DNA of 64,000 nucleotides, from the NCBI GenBank assembly GCA_965218295.1, contig CBDCKN010000009.1, positions 192,001-256,000 of the forward strand, read 5' to 3'. Both the position numbers and the translations under genes were made by a program. How positions within the stretch are numbered: the first letter of the stretch is position 1; the number at the start of each line of letters is the position of its first letter. The notes under the pieces were generated by a model. It ran no database searches. It was not told where the DNA came from and worked only from the letters and a program-made list of their open reading frames with translations. Of the stretch, positions 41,112 to 50,726 are shown in pieces. This DNA is from Longimicrobiales bacterium (GTDB lineage: Bacteria; Gemmatimonadota; Gemmatimonadetes; Longimicrobiales; Gaopeijiaceae).

Positions 41112-42083
41112 TCACACGGTGATGACCATTTTTCCTCTGGCGTGACCTGCCTCCAGATGCCGGATAGCCTCGGGGACCTCGCTCAACGGGAAGGTCCTGT
41201 CGATGACCGGCGTGACCTTCCCGGCTTCAACAAGTTCCTTCAAGAACTGCAGATCCTCGTTGCGTGGTGCCGTATAGATGGGCGAGCGGAGCTTCTGGCG
41301 CACGAACGGTGACAGCATGAGCGCCCGGAGTTGGCGATCCGCGCCTCCGAACCACTGTCCGCCCCCTTCTCCTCCGATGATCACGAGAGTCCCCTGGGGG
41401 GTGAGGGCGCGTCTGAGGTGTGACAACGAACGATTGCCCGCAGTGTCGAGGATGACGTCGTAGTGCTGCCGACCGTCGGCGAAATCCTCCCGGGTGTAAT
41501 CAATGGCATGGTCAGCGCCGATCGATCGGACCAGGTCCGTCTTCGTTGTGCTGCACACGCCGGTGACTTCCGCTCCGAATGCCTTGGCGATCTGCACCGC
41601 GAACGTCCCCACGCCTCCTGCCGCACCGATGATCAACACGTTCTGCCCTGGCCCAACCTTTCCCGCGTCGCGAAGACCCCGGAGGGCGGTGGAAGCGGAG
41701 CTGGGGACGGCCGCCACCTGCTCGAAGGTGAGGTTTGCCGGCTTCGGCACAAACTTGTCCTCTTGAGCACACGCGCAATCGGCGAAGGCGCCGTCACAGG
41801 CGCCGAACACCTCATCACCCGGCTGGAACTGGTTCACATCCTTCCCGAGCGCCTCAACGTGTCCTGCGACATCCGTGCCCCGAACACGGGTTTTGGGTTT
41901 GCGTAGCCCGTAGCCCATGCGCACGAGGTACGGCAGGCCAGTCATGAGATGCCACACGCCGCGATCGACGCCAGCCGCGTGAACACATACAAGCACATCG
42001 TCATCCCCGACCACCGGCTTGTCGATGTCCCTGAGTTCCAGGACGTCGGGTGAGCCGTAGGTGTCTTGGACGATTGCCTTCAT
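41112..42083 (-). CDS. NAD(P)-dependent MDR oxidoreductase (quinone oxidoreductase-like)
   Basis: MKAIVQDTYGSPDVL; GAAGGVGTFAVQIAK; GHARGKMVI. Confidence 0.93.
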   Translation of the reverse strand: MKAIVQDTYGSPDVLELRDIDKPVVGDDDVLVCVHAAGVDRGVWHLMTGLPYLVRMGYGLRKPKTRVRGTDVAGHVEALGKDVNQFQPGDEVFGACDGAFADCACAQEDKFVPKPANLTFEQVAAVPSSASTALRGLRDAGKVGPGQNVLIIGAAGGVGTFAVQIAKAFGAEVTGVCSTTKTDLVRSIGADHAIDYTREDFADGRQHYDVILDTAGNRSLSHLRRALTPQGTLVIIGGEGGGQWFGGADRQLRALMLSPFVRQKLRSPIYTAPRNEDLQFLKELVEAGKVTPVIDRTFPLSEVPEAIRHLEAGHARGKMVITV

Positions 42084-42087
42084 CTCA

Positions 42088-44024
42088 CTACAGCCCCACG
42101 GCACCCAGCATCTCGTCCATACGGGGATCGAGGCGCAGGTTGTCCCAGTTGAAAGTGTGTCGGACGAAGACCACGTAGCCGATGCGGGCCTCGATGGCTC
42201 GTTCCAGCCGCTCGACCGCCTCGTCGATACGACCGAGGGCGATGAGGGCGACGATGAAGTCGAAATGGAGGGTGAGTTCCGGGCTGGTCCGCTCCAGCTC
42301 CTCGAGCTCGGCGAGGTAGCCCAGCGCCTCCTCCGTCCGGCCCGCCCGTGCGAACAGGGACGCTCCGGAGCCCAGGCCCCCCACACCTCCGGGCGTCAGC
42401 GCCCGGTAGCGCAGGAATTCTTCGATGGCCCGGTCGTGTTCTCCCAGGCGGTCGTAGGCCATGGCACGCCCCTCGATGGCGGTGCGGAAGGTGGGGTCGA
42501 TTTCGAGTGCGCGATCGTAGTGGATCAAGCTCTCCCGGGGCCTTCCCGCGAAGATGTTCGCAGTATCCAAGAGGTCGAGGGCGAGCAACGAGAGCGGGTC
42601 GAGCGACGCGGCCAACTGTGCGGTTTCCAGAAACTCGTCGAAGTGCCCCGAGACCATGTAGTAGTAGCCGGCCCAGTGGCGGACTTCCGCGGATCCCGGG
42701 TTCAGTTCGATGGCATGCTCCAGGCAGCTCCGGGCCGCCGCCAGGTCCCAGTCGTAGAAGAGCCTTACCATCCCCAGCGACACGTGACCCATGGCGATCT
42801 CCGGATTCAGCTCGATGGCGCGCTGGGCGGCCTCCTGCGCCGCGGGGTAGGCCTCTTCGCTGGGGAGTCGGCCTTGGGCCCCGAGGTGGGTGTAGCAGCG
42901 AGCGACCCCGGTATGGGCGAGGGCGAAGTCCGGGTCCAGCGCCAGGGCATCGCGGAAATGGCGGAGCGCCTCCTGAGTCGTGTTCGGCGTCATTTGGTTC
43001 CAGCAGTGCAGACCCCGGAGGTATAGGCTGTAGGCCTCGGAGCTCTCGGTGGGCTTCCGCACCGTGGTCGGTGTCTGCGCCCCCGCCACGGGGAACAGGA
43101 CGCGCAGCTCCCGCGCGATGGTGTCGGCGATCTCGTCCTGGACCGCAAAGATGTCCTCGAGCACCCGGTCGTAGCTGTTGCTGAAGAGGTGGTAGCCGTC
43201 GGCGGTGTCGACGAGCTGTGCGGTGATGCGCACGCGGTTCCCCGCTTTACGGACGCTGCCCTCGAGCACGGCCCCGACGTTCAGCGCCCGGCCGATCTCA
43301 CGGACGTCCTCGTGCCTCCCCTTGAAGACGAAGGACGACGTGCGTGCCGTCACCTTCAGGTCCTCGAACTTGACCAGGGCGTTGAGAATCTCCTCGGTGA
43401 TCCCGTCGGTGAAATATTCGTTCTCGAGGTCCGAGCTCATATTGACGAAGGGGAGGACTGCGATGGACTTCTGGGTCCGGTTGCCGCTGGACGACAGATC
43501 GGCGGGCGACGGAACTGCGAGTGCGGACGCGGCCACGGCGTGGATGCTCAGAGGCCTCTGGACGTTCTTGAGCTCGAAGTCCCCCAGGGCTCGCGTGGGA
43601 AAGCGGGGATGGTTCTTGAGCTCCTCGTAGACCCCGCCCGAGATGAGCACCGATCCCGCAACCGCAAGCCCCTGCACCCGGGCGGCCACGTTGACACCGT
43701 CGCCGTGTACGCCGTCCTGGTCGTGGACGATGTCGCCGATGTGGAGGCCGATCCGGACGGGGATGGGGGGGCCAGCCGGAAGCGACGCTGGATGTCGACG
43801 GCGGTGTCCACCGCCTGTACCGCGCTCGGAAACACACTGAGGGTTCCGTCGCCATAGAACTGGACGATCTCACCCTGGTGGGCTTCGATGCCCTCACGTA
43901 GCACTGTCCGGTGACGATCCCGCAACGTCGTGGCCCTGGACTCGTCCTCCTGCATGAGGGCCGTGTAGCCCACCATGTCCGTGAACATGATCGCGGAGAG
44001 TCGTCGGGTGCGTTCCTCGCTCAT
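42088..44024 (-). CDS. Class III adenylate/guanylate cyclase + TolB-like + TPR protein; frameshift near 43768
   Basis: IMFTDMVGYT and GDG, then RIGLHIGD...GDGVNVAAR in the next frame; SIAVLPFVNMS; TPRs; break lies in a G7 run. Confidence 0.88.
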
Positions 44025-44092
44025 GTGCTCAAGATGCTGCGAAGGTCAGCAAACCGCGAGCAGATCCCCCCTACAGCCGCCGCCTGAGTCGT

Positions 44093-44506
44093 TTACGCAC
44101 CTAATGACCCGAACTCCGCCCTGATCCTGGCGATGATCTCGGTCGTGGAAATCCCGGGTGTGTAGCCCACCAAGCGGTAAATGCCCATCTCGATCGGAAT
44201 CTTGTAGCAGAGCTCTTCCATCTCGCTGGAAAAGTCATCTCCGTGCAGGATCAGGTCGATATTGTGCTGTTCGATCCAGGCACGGTCGATCATGAGTGGT
44301 GCGTTGGATACTACTTCATCAACGTAGCGACAGCCCTCGACCGAAGCCACGCGCTCCTCCATGGAGAGTATCGGGCGGCCCTTGTAACTCATCACCGTTT
44401 CATCGGCGTGAACACCCACTAAGAGGTAGTCACCGTGCTTTCTGGCCTGTCTGAGGAAATTCACGTGACCGTAATGGAACAGGTCGGCCACCATATCGAC
44501 GTACAC
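44093..44506 (-). CDS. Cytidylyltransferase-family protein (start uncertain)
   Basis: DLFHYGH (HxGH), LHGDD and YTPGISTT motifs. Confidence 0.88.
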   Translation of the reverse strand: MYVDMVADLFHYGHVNFLRQARKHGDYLLVGVHADETVMSYKGRPILSMEERVASVEGCRYVDEVVSNAPLMIDRAWIEQHNIDLILHGDDFSSEMEELCYKIPIEMGIYRLVGYTPGISTTEIIARIRAEFGSLGA

Positions 44507-44786
44507 GCGTGTGATTTCAGGTCTCCTGGCTTAGGTGTATGCCGTTATTAGTAAGACTGTGCAGGCCGATCACCGAACCGATGTCCAGGTCATCGTCCCA
44601 CTCGATGACGAGCAGGCCCCGATAACATAGCGGTCGAGCCTCATCCAGCGGCTGGGCCTCCCGAACTGACGTGCCATGAGCGCGTTGAACATGGTGGGCC
44701 ACCTGACGGTGCGCTGAGCCTCCCATACCCGAGGAGGCGGCCAGATTCCTGGCCGCCAGACCTCGGGCAAGGCGCGGGTTGGCTCC

Positions 44787-45275
44787 CTAGCTTGAAACGA
44801 TACCGACCTCTGAGCGCGTCAGGTCTGGCTTCAGATAGAGCACGATCACCTGATCCGATTGCACCGAAAGCACTCTGGTCTTGATCCCGTCAGGATCGAA
44901 CGCCTTCCCTCCGAACAATCCCAGACCGAGGTCAGACTGCAGAATTGGCAGGACCGGATAGACCTTGAGCTGGACCGTGCCGGTTCCCCGGGCCAAGCCC
45001 GCGGGAATCTGCAGGTTCTTGAACTTCGAGCAACCCACTCTGCCCAGCAGGTGAAGGCGGTCGTTGGAATCGACCACGTACACGCTCACCTGGCGGCGGT
45101 GGTCGTTCATGACGTGGACCGTCGGGCCTTCCTCTGCGCCAGAGGCTACCACCGGCGGGGCGACCCGGTCGAGTGTATCCGCACGAAGCGTCGTCGTCGC
45201 TACCGTAGCTACCAGCAGCGCCAACGCGGGAACTATGCGTGAGATCATCTTCATATTCTTAATCATCAATTTCAT
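44787..45275 (-). CDS. Hypothetical exported protein
   Basis: Signal-peptide-like N-terminus; beta-rich body. Confidence 0.6.
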   Translation of the reverse strand: MKLMIKNMKMISRIVPALALLVATVATTTLRADTLDRVAPPVVASGAEEGPTVHVMNDHRRQVSVYVVDSNDRLHLLGRVGCSKFKNLQIPAGLARGTGTVQLKVYPVLPILQSDLGLGLFGGKAFDPDGIKTRVLSVQSDQVIVLYLKPDLTRSEVGIVSS

Positions 45276-45383
45276 CCCTGTCAGAGTATTCCAGCGTCAG
45301 GACGCCTCGTCCTGTAGTTGACAGTGAGTGCGCCAAGGGCTCGATCTCTTACACTCCCGATCGCCGCGCATTGAGTGGTGATC

Positions 45384-45515
45384 AAGTCTGCCGTTCGAGA
45401 CCGCGACGTCGGCGGCAAAGCCAGGCGTGCCGGTGCCGTCGATGACGGTGCCGCCGCGGATCAGGACGTCGTACGTCTGGGCGTCGACGGGGGGTGCGGC
45501 GAGGGTGGCGGCGAC
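45384..45515 (-). pseudogene. D-aminoacylase/amidohydrolase N-terminal stump
   Basis: AQTYDVLIRGGTVIDGTGTPGFAADVAVSNGR with no continuation. Confidence 0.65.
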
Positions 45516-45666
45516 GTGTTGTGGCGAACTACTGTTCCGATTCCGCGGAGAGCGCCGAGACCGGCGGGAACCCCGGAGGGCTTCCGGAGCACTATGGAAA
45601 GAGGTGTGCGAATCCTGGAACCGACAGTCCGGCGGGTCCTACCGTCGACATCAGGGAGGACGGCTC

Positions 45667-46998
45667 ATGCGAGATCACCAACGACGCGTATACGACTCGG
45701 TGCTCGGCCTGCTCTGTGATACTGAGAATCCCACGCCTCTCGTGCGGCTCAATCGCGTGGTTCCGTTCGAGCACGCACAGGTGTACGCAAAGCTCGAGTG
45801 GTACAACCCGTTCGGCGCGGTCAAGGATCGCATCGCCGCCAACATGATCGCCGATGCCGAGGAGCGGGGAGTGCTGGACCTGGAGCAGAAGCTGGTCGAG
45901 CCCACGTCGGGGAACACCGGGATGGGCTTGGCCATGATGTCTAATGCGAGGGGGTATTCGCTCACCACCCCGCTGTCATCGGCAATCCCACTCGAGAAGC
46001 GCACGATGCTTCGGTTCTTCGGTGCGGACGTGATCGAGCTCGAGGACACGCTTTGCCCCGCTCCCGGCGCTCCCGAGGGAGCGATCGCCAGAGCCAACGA
46101 GCTGGCCGAGGCTCCCGACTTCCACATGCTCAATCAGTATCAGAACGAAGCCAATCCCGAGGCGCACTACAAGACCACGGGCCCCGAGATCTGGCTCCAG
46201 ACCGACGGCGCCGTAACGCACTTCGTGGCCGGCCTGGGCACCTGCGGGACGATTACGGGGACGGGACGGTTCCTGAAGGAGAAGAGCCCCGGCATCAAGG
46301 TTCACGGCGTGCACCCGGAAGAGGGACACGACATCCCTGGGGTGCGGAGCCTTCGCCAGCTCCAGCAGACCGAGCTCTTCCGGCCCAACGAGTATGACAC
46401 CCTGGTCGAGGTGACCAACCAGGCGGCCTTCGACCTCTGCCTCCGGCTCAACCGTGAGGAGAGCATCATAGCCGGTCCGAGCTCCGGCATGGCTCTCGCT
46501 GGTGCCTTCGAACTGGTACCGGACGAGCCCGGTGTGCTCGCCGTGGTGTTGTTCCCGGACAATGCCTTCAAGTACGCCTCGTCCGTGCCCAAGCACCTCC
46601 CACATCTGGGCTCGACCGCGGCCCCCAGTCCACGCGAGCACATGATGGACGCGCTCGTCGAGAACGTGAGGGGCACGCCGGGCCTCACCATCGAGGTCGG
46701 GCCCGCCCACGAGCTCATCGAGACCGCGAATGCTCTGGTGGTCGACGTACGTGAGCCCGATGAATACGTGAACGTGCGTATTCCCGGTGGGCTTCTGATG
46801 CCACTGCAGGAGATGAGTGAGTACGTCGACATGCTGCCCGAGGATCGCGAGGCCCCCATCCTCGTGGTCTGCTCCGCAGGCGTACGGTCTCTGTCCGGCG
46901 CTCTGTTCCTCACTTCCTTGGGCTATCAGGATGTGCGCAGCATCAATGGCGGAACCACGGCGTGGGCGCAGCAGGGCTACGAAGTCGTGAGCGGCTGA
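45667..46998 (+). CDS. Cysteine synthase-family PLP enzyme fused to a rhodanese domain
   Basis: NPFGAVKDR, EPTSGNTG, GLGTCGT and GPSSG; C-terminal VDVREPDEY, CSAGVRS and GGTTAW. Confidence 0.92.
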   Translation: MRDHQRRVYDSVLGLLCDTENPTPLVRLNRVVPFEHAQVYAKLEWYNPFGAVKDRIAANMIADAEERGVLDLEQKLVEPTSGNTGMGLAMMSNARGYSLTTPLSSAIPLEKRTMLRFFGADVIELEDTLCPAPGAPEGAIARANELAEAPDFHMLNQYQNEANPEAHYKTTGPEIWLQTDGAVTHFVAGLGTCGTITGTGRFLKEKSPGIKVHGVHPEEGHDIPGVRSLRQLQQTELFRPNEYDTLVEVTNQAAFDLCLRLNREESIIAGPSSGMALAGAFELVPDEPGVLAVVLFPDNAFKYASSVPKHLPHLGSTAAPSPREHMMDALVENVRGTPGLTIEVGPAHELIETANALVVDVREPDEYVNVRIPGGLLMPLQEMSEYVDMLPEDREAPILVVCSAGVRSLSGALFLTSLGYQDVRSINGGTTAWAQQGYEVVSG

Positions 46999-47031
46999 TG
47001 CAAAGGCCCCGTAGGGGGGCGCGCGTCCGCC

Positions 47032-49233
47032 TCACCGCGCCAGCGGGTCCGGCCGCAGCTGGAACTTCATGACCTTGCTAGGCGTGCCCTTGCCGCCTTC
47101 CATGTGGAACGGCGCCCGCGTGCTCACGGTCGCCCACAGGCCCCTCCCCTTCCAGCCCCCCTCCGGATCGTCGATGCGGCCGTCCATCCACTTGGTATAG
47201 AAGCCGAGTGGATAGGGCACCCGCAGAACCACCCAAGCTCCGTCTACGAGGGCCAAGAGCCCTTCGGACGCGTTGCCGGTGTTGATCGGCACGTTCTCGC
47301 CGAGGCCGAGCGTGTTGAACTGATCGACCCACGTGTAGTAGCTCGCCTCGGCGCTGCCCGGGGTGGTCACGCCCTGGATCTGTGGGAGCGGCTCCTCATA
47401 GAAGGTCCAGCCCTCGGGACAGTGCCGGCCCGTGGCCGTCGGTCCGTTGAGCGGTCCCGTGCACTTGCTCCGGTCGAAGCTGGCCATGTGCCCGCTGGCG
47501 AGCGCTGCCCACATCACCCCGTTCCGGTCGACGTCTCCGCCGCGCGGCGAAAACCCTTCGATGGGCGCCCCCGAGGCGTCCAGCGGCAGCTCGTATAGTT
47601 CGGCCAGCGCCGTCTCCGGCGGGTTCGCCCCCGGATCCAATCGTACGACGGCGCCCGGATACCCCAGCGACGTCGCCCACACGGAACCGTCCGGGGCGGG
47701 CGACACAGCGTAGAAGCCGGCCGCGATCCTCTTGTCCTTCGTGGGGTCGACCGGCTGGTTGGGCTCCACGTAGTCGTCCCGCGTCCCGTTGCCGTTGGTA
47801 TCGAGGACGAGCGCCGTCCAGCCCTGCGAGGCCTCCTCGTCGCCGGTCTCTTCGAACATCCTTGTGTTCAGCCAGCCCACGACCTGCCCGCCGCCGCTCG
47901 TCCAGAGCGTGTTGTCCTCGTCCTCGGCGAACATGAGGTGGTGTGTGCTGAAACAGGTGCTGATGTGGGTGAGCTCCTCCGTCTCCGGATCGTACATCGC
48001 AAGGTGGCGCCGAGCGCGAGCAGTGGGGAAGAGCTTCGCCGACGCGTGGTCCGACCCCTCCCGGCAGAATTCCGGATTGTCCGGGGGGCGCACAGTGGAT
48101 GTGAGCCAGACCCGGCCCCTCTCGTCCAACATCGGGTTGTGGACGTTGTTCTTGCTCGTCCAGATGGGCTCGTCGCCCCAGTACGGCGACGGTCGAAGCA
48201 TGCCCGGACCCGAGGCCGGCTGCGTGCTCGGATCGCGGACGGTCAGACCGACCTGGCTCGCCGTGTGGCTCACCGGATCCAGAACGGGCACGTAATCCGC
48301 GCTGGCCTCCAGCGCCCCGTAGATGGGCCCGTTCGCGTTGACCGTGGGATTCCGCCTATCCGTGGAGGCCTCGTCATGGAGGTACGCCTTCGGATCGGCC
48401 CAGTCCCACACCGTGACGACCACGTTGCGCTCCACGCCCTGCGGCCGGGGAGGTGCCGGCGGCGCCTCGCCCGCGGCGATACGGTCGGTCCAGTCCGCGA
48501 ACATCTCCAGCATCGCCTGCCGGCCCATCCGGTCGAAGCCGGCGCTCATGCTCGCTCCGGCCTGGCCCGACTGGATCCGCCGGTCCCATGCGTCCACGGA
48601 GGACTCGAAGTCGCCCAGCTCCTCGGGGATATGCCGGGTGCCGATGGTGCCGAGCTGATGGCAGGCGGTGCAGTTCCCCGACTTCACGAGCCTGAGGAGC
48701 TGGGCCTGGTTCCGGATGTTCGGCGAGATACCGTTCCCCCCCTCTCCGGTCCCCGGGAACTGGTCCGCCTCGGGCATGTGGAGCAGCGACAGCCAATAGC
48801 CCGCCGGATAATACTCCGCCGCCGTCCGGGCGTCCGGTGCCGGCACCGCGGTCAGGTTCCGGACCCTGCCGGGCGAGGTGTGAAGCTTCTCCGAATCCAC
48901 CAGGCCGTAGCCGCGCACCCACACGTCGTAGCTCGCCTCGGGAAGGTCGGGGATCAAGTAACGACCCCGGTCGTCCGTCACCACGATCCGGGCGAAGCGC
49001 GTCGGAAGGTCTGCCGTCTCCGCGATCACCCAGACGCCGGCCTCCGGTCCGCCCGGCCCCGTCACGACGCCTCCGATATCGTCGTCGTCGATGCTCGGTG
49101 TGTCGGTGGCAGGCTGACAGGCGGTCATGGCGGCGACCGTCGTCAGGGTGGCGAGCGCCGTCAAGGCGGCGACCGCTCCCTTCGCGAAGCGGCCGCCGGA
49201 ACGGAAAAGGTGTGCCATCGTCCACGTCCTCAT
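47032..49233 (-). CDS. Lipoprotein with carboxypeptidase-regulatory-like domain, CxxCH motif and probable beta-propeller
   Basis: GGAGGAG RBS; lipobox MTAC; GVWVIAET...YDVWVRGYGL; CTACH. Confidence 0.85.
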   Translation of the reverse strand: MRTWTMAHLFRSGGRFAKGAVAALTALATLTTVAAMTACQPATDTPSIDDDDIGGVVTGPGGPEAGVWVIAETADLPTRFARIVVTDDRGRYLIPDLPEASYDVWVRGYGLVDSEKLHTSPGRVRNLTAVPAPDARTAAEYYPAGYWLSLLHMPEADQFPGTGEGGNGISPNIRNQAQLLRLVKSGNCTACHQLGTIGTRHIPEELGDFESSVDAWDRRIQSGQAGASMSAGFDRMGRQAMLEMFADWTDRIAAGEAPPAPPRPQGVERNVVVTVWDWADPKAYLHDEASTDRRNPTVNANGPIYGALEASADYVPVLDPVSHTASQVGLTVRDPSTQPASGPGMLRPSPYWGDEPIWTSKNNVHNPMLDERGRVWLTSTVRPPDNPEFCREGSDHASAKLFPTARARRHLAMYDPETEELTHISTCFSTHHLMFAEDEDNTLWTSGGGQVVGWLNTRMFEETGDEEASQGWTALVLDTNGNGTRDDYVEPNQPVDPTKDKRIAAGFYAVSPAPDGSVWATSLGYPGAVVRLDPGANPPETALAELYELPLDASGAPIEGFSPRGGDVDRNGVMWAALASGHMASFDRSKCTGPLNGPTATGRHCPEGWTFYEEPLPQIQGVTTPGSAEASYYTWVDQFNTLGLGENVPINTGNASEGLLALVDGAWVVLRVPYPLGFYTKWMDGRIDDPEGGWKGRGLWATVSTRAPFHMEGGKGTPSKVMKFQLRPDPLAR

Positions 49234-49478
49234 GTCGCTCCTCCTGCTCGGGCCTCGGGCTCGGCCTCCGCCCCGGCGCATGTGCCGAGCGCGACCAGCG
49301 CGCACAGGGCCGTCCATCTCAGTCGATCGGGACGCCGCATCACAGCCCCCTCGAGCCGGCATCGTGCGATCCGCGGGAGTCGGCCGCGCGTGCGGCCGGG
49401 CGGGTCGATGGGTGGGAGAGTAGGAGGGGGGGAGTGGGGGGACAAGGCGGAGGTTGGTCGCCTCGGGCCGGGATCCCG

Positions 49479-49528
49479 TTCGCAAAGTCCGCAACCGGAT
49501 TGCGAAAACATATCCGTTCGGGCATTAT
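49479..49528 (+). promoter_or_regulatory. Sigma-70-like promoter TTGCGA-N17-CATTAT with overlapping inverted repeat
   Basis: TTCGCAA..TTGCGAA repeat overlaps the -35; ATG is 5 nt after the -10, suggesting a leaderless mRNA. Confidence 0.55.
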
Positions 49529-49533
49529 ATCGT

Positions 49534-50052
49534 ATGAGCGAGATTCGGACGTTACGGAGGACAGTCGGGGTAACCCAGGCCGTGCTGGCGGATGCGGCCG
49601 GGACGTCACAGCCGACCATCGCAGCCTACGAAACGGGGCGAAAGAGCCCCACGCTCGGCACCGTCAGACGGCTGGCGGAGTCAGTCGGGCTCGCAATGAG
49701 CGTGCAGTTCCATCCTCCGCTGACGAGGGAGGATCGCCGTAGCATCTGGCTCCATCGGTCGATCGCGCTGCGGCTGGAAGAGCGGCCCAGCTGGGTGTTG
49801 AAGCGGGCCCAAGAGACTCTGAAGAAGATGCGTCACGCCAACCCCGGAGCCCGACAGTTGCTCGACGAGTGGGGCGTACTTCTGAAGAGGTCGATTCCCG
49901 AGTTGATCCCGGTACTCACCGATCCCGGTGCGCGCGCACGAGAACTCCGGCAGGTCACGCCGTTCGCCGGAGTGCTCTCGGCCAAGGAGCGTGCAACCGA
50001 GTACCGAGCCTTCGCCGAGGAGGAGAGGAAGAGGAGGCGCAGTGACTCGTGA
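49534..50052 (+). CDS. XRE-family HTH protein (putative antitoxin)
   Basis: VTQAVLADAAGTSQPTIAAYETGRKSP; C-terminal ELRQVTPFAGVLS. Confidence 0.85.
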   Translation: MSEIRTLRRTVGVTQAVLADAAGTSQPTIAAYETGRKSPTLGTVRRLAESVGLAMSVQFHPPLTREDRRSIWLHRSIALRLEERPSWVLKRAQETLKKMRHANPGARQLLDEWGVLLKRSIPELIPVLTDPGARARELRQVTPFAGVLSAKERATEYRAFAEEERKRRRSDS

Positions 50053-50599
50053 TGGCTTCGAGCACGCGGTCCGAGCCGCCGCCGCGGTCCTTGGCGTCGA
50101 CGAGGTGCTCGTGATTGGAAGCCAAGCCGTTCATGCATCTCTTGACGAGCCACTCCCTGAGGAGGCTCTTCGTTCGGTCGAGGTAGACGTGGCCGTGCTC
50201 GGAGACGAGGATGGCCACCAGGCCGATCTGATCGATGCCTCGATCGGAGAGGCATCCATGTTCCACCAAACGTTCGGATACTACGCCCAGGGGGTGGTGG
50301 AACGGACGGCTGTGTTGCCGAAGGGCTGGAAGGACCGACTGGTTCGGTTGGAATCGCCGGGCACGAACGGCGTCGTCGCACTCTGCCTGGAGCTCCACGA
50401 TCTCTGGATCTCGAAGGCCATCGCAAACCGCCAGAAGGACATTGAGTTCTGCCTCGCGCTGCTCGAAATCGGTGTCGTCGACCCTGTTGAGTTGCGTGCC
50501 CGCCTCGGTCTCGTCGTGGACCTACCGGAGGCACTCCGCCGAATCGTAGAGGCCCGCATTCCTGTCGCGGGACCCTCGTCCTCTAAGGACAGCCGGTGA
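50042..50599 (+). CDS. DUF6036-like nucleotidyltransferase (putative toxin)
   Basis: VIGSQA...SVEVDV nucleotidyltransferase motif; FHQTFGYYAQGV; HDLWISK..RQKD. Confidence 0.8.
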   Translation: MTRDGFEHAVRAAAAVLGVDEVLVIGSQAVHASLDEPLPEEALRSVEVDVAVLGDEDGHQADLIDASIGEASMFHQTFGYYAQGVVERTAVLPKGWKDRLVRLESPGTNGVVALCLELHDLWISKAIANRQKDIEFCLALLEIGVVDPVELRARLGLVVDLPEALRRIVEARIPVAGPSSSKDSR

Positions 50600-50600
50600 C

Positions 50601-50726
50601 CTCGCGGCGGGCAAGATTGCGGACACCATCCACGTGGACGGGGATCCGCTGAGAGACATCAACGCGCTGAGACGAGCCGTCCTCGTGATGAAGGATGGCG
50701 TGATCTACAGGAGGCCCGAGGAATGA
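50601..50726 (+). pseudogene. Amidohydrolase C-terminal stump
   Basis: LAAGKIADTIHVDGDPLRDINALRRAVLVMKDGVIY; its stop overlaps the next ATG (ATGA). Confidence 0.75.

Noticed and set aside
41112..42386. 424-aa N-terminally extended oxidoreductase
   Set aside because: The extension overlaps the cyclase-TPR gene; the family-typical start MKAIV is at 42083.
47938..50052. 704-aa + strand ORF
   Set aside because: It is mostly the antisense shadow of the 47032..49233 gene; only the part from 49534 is a real HTH protein.
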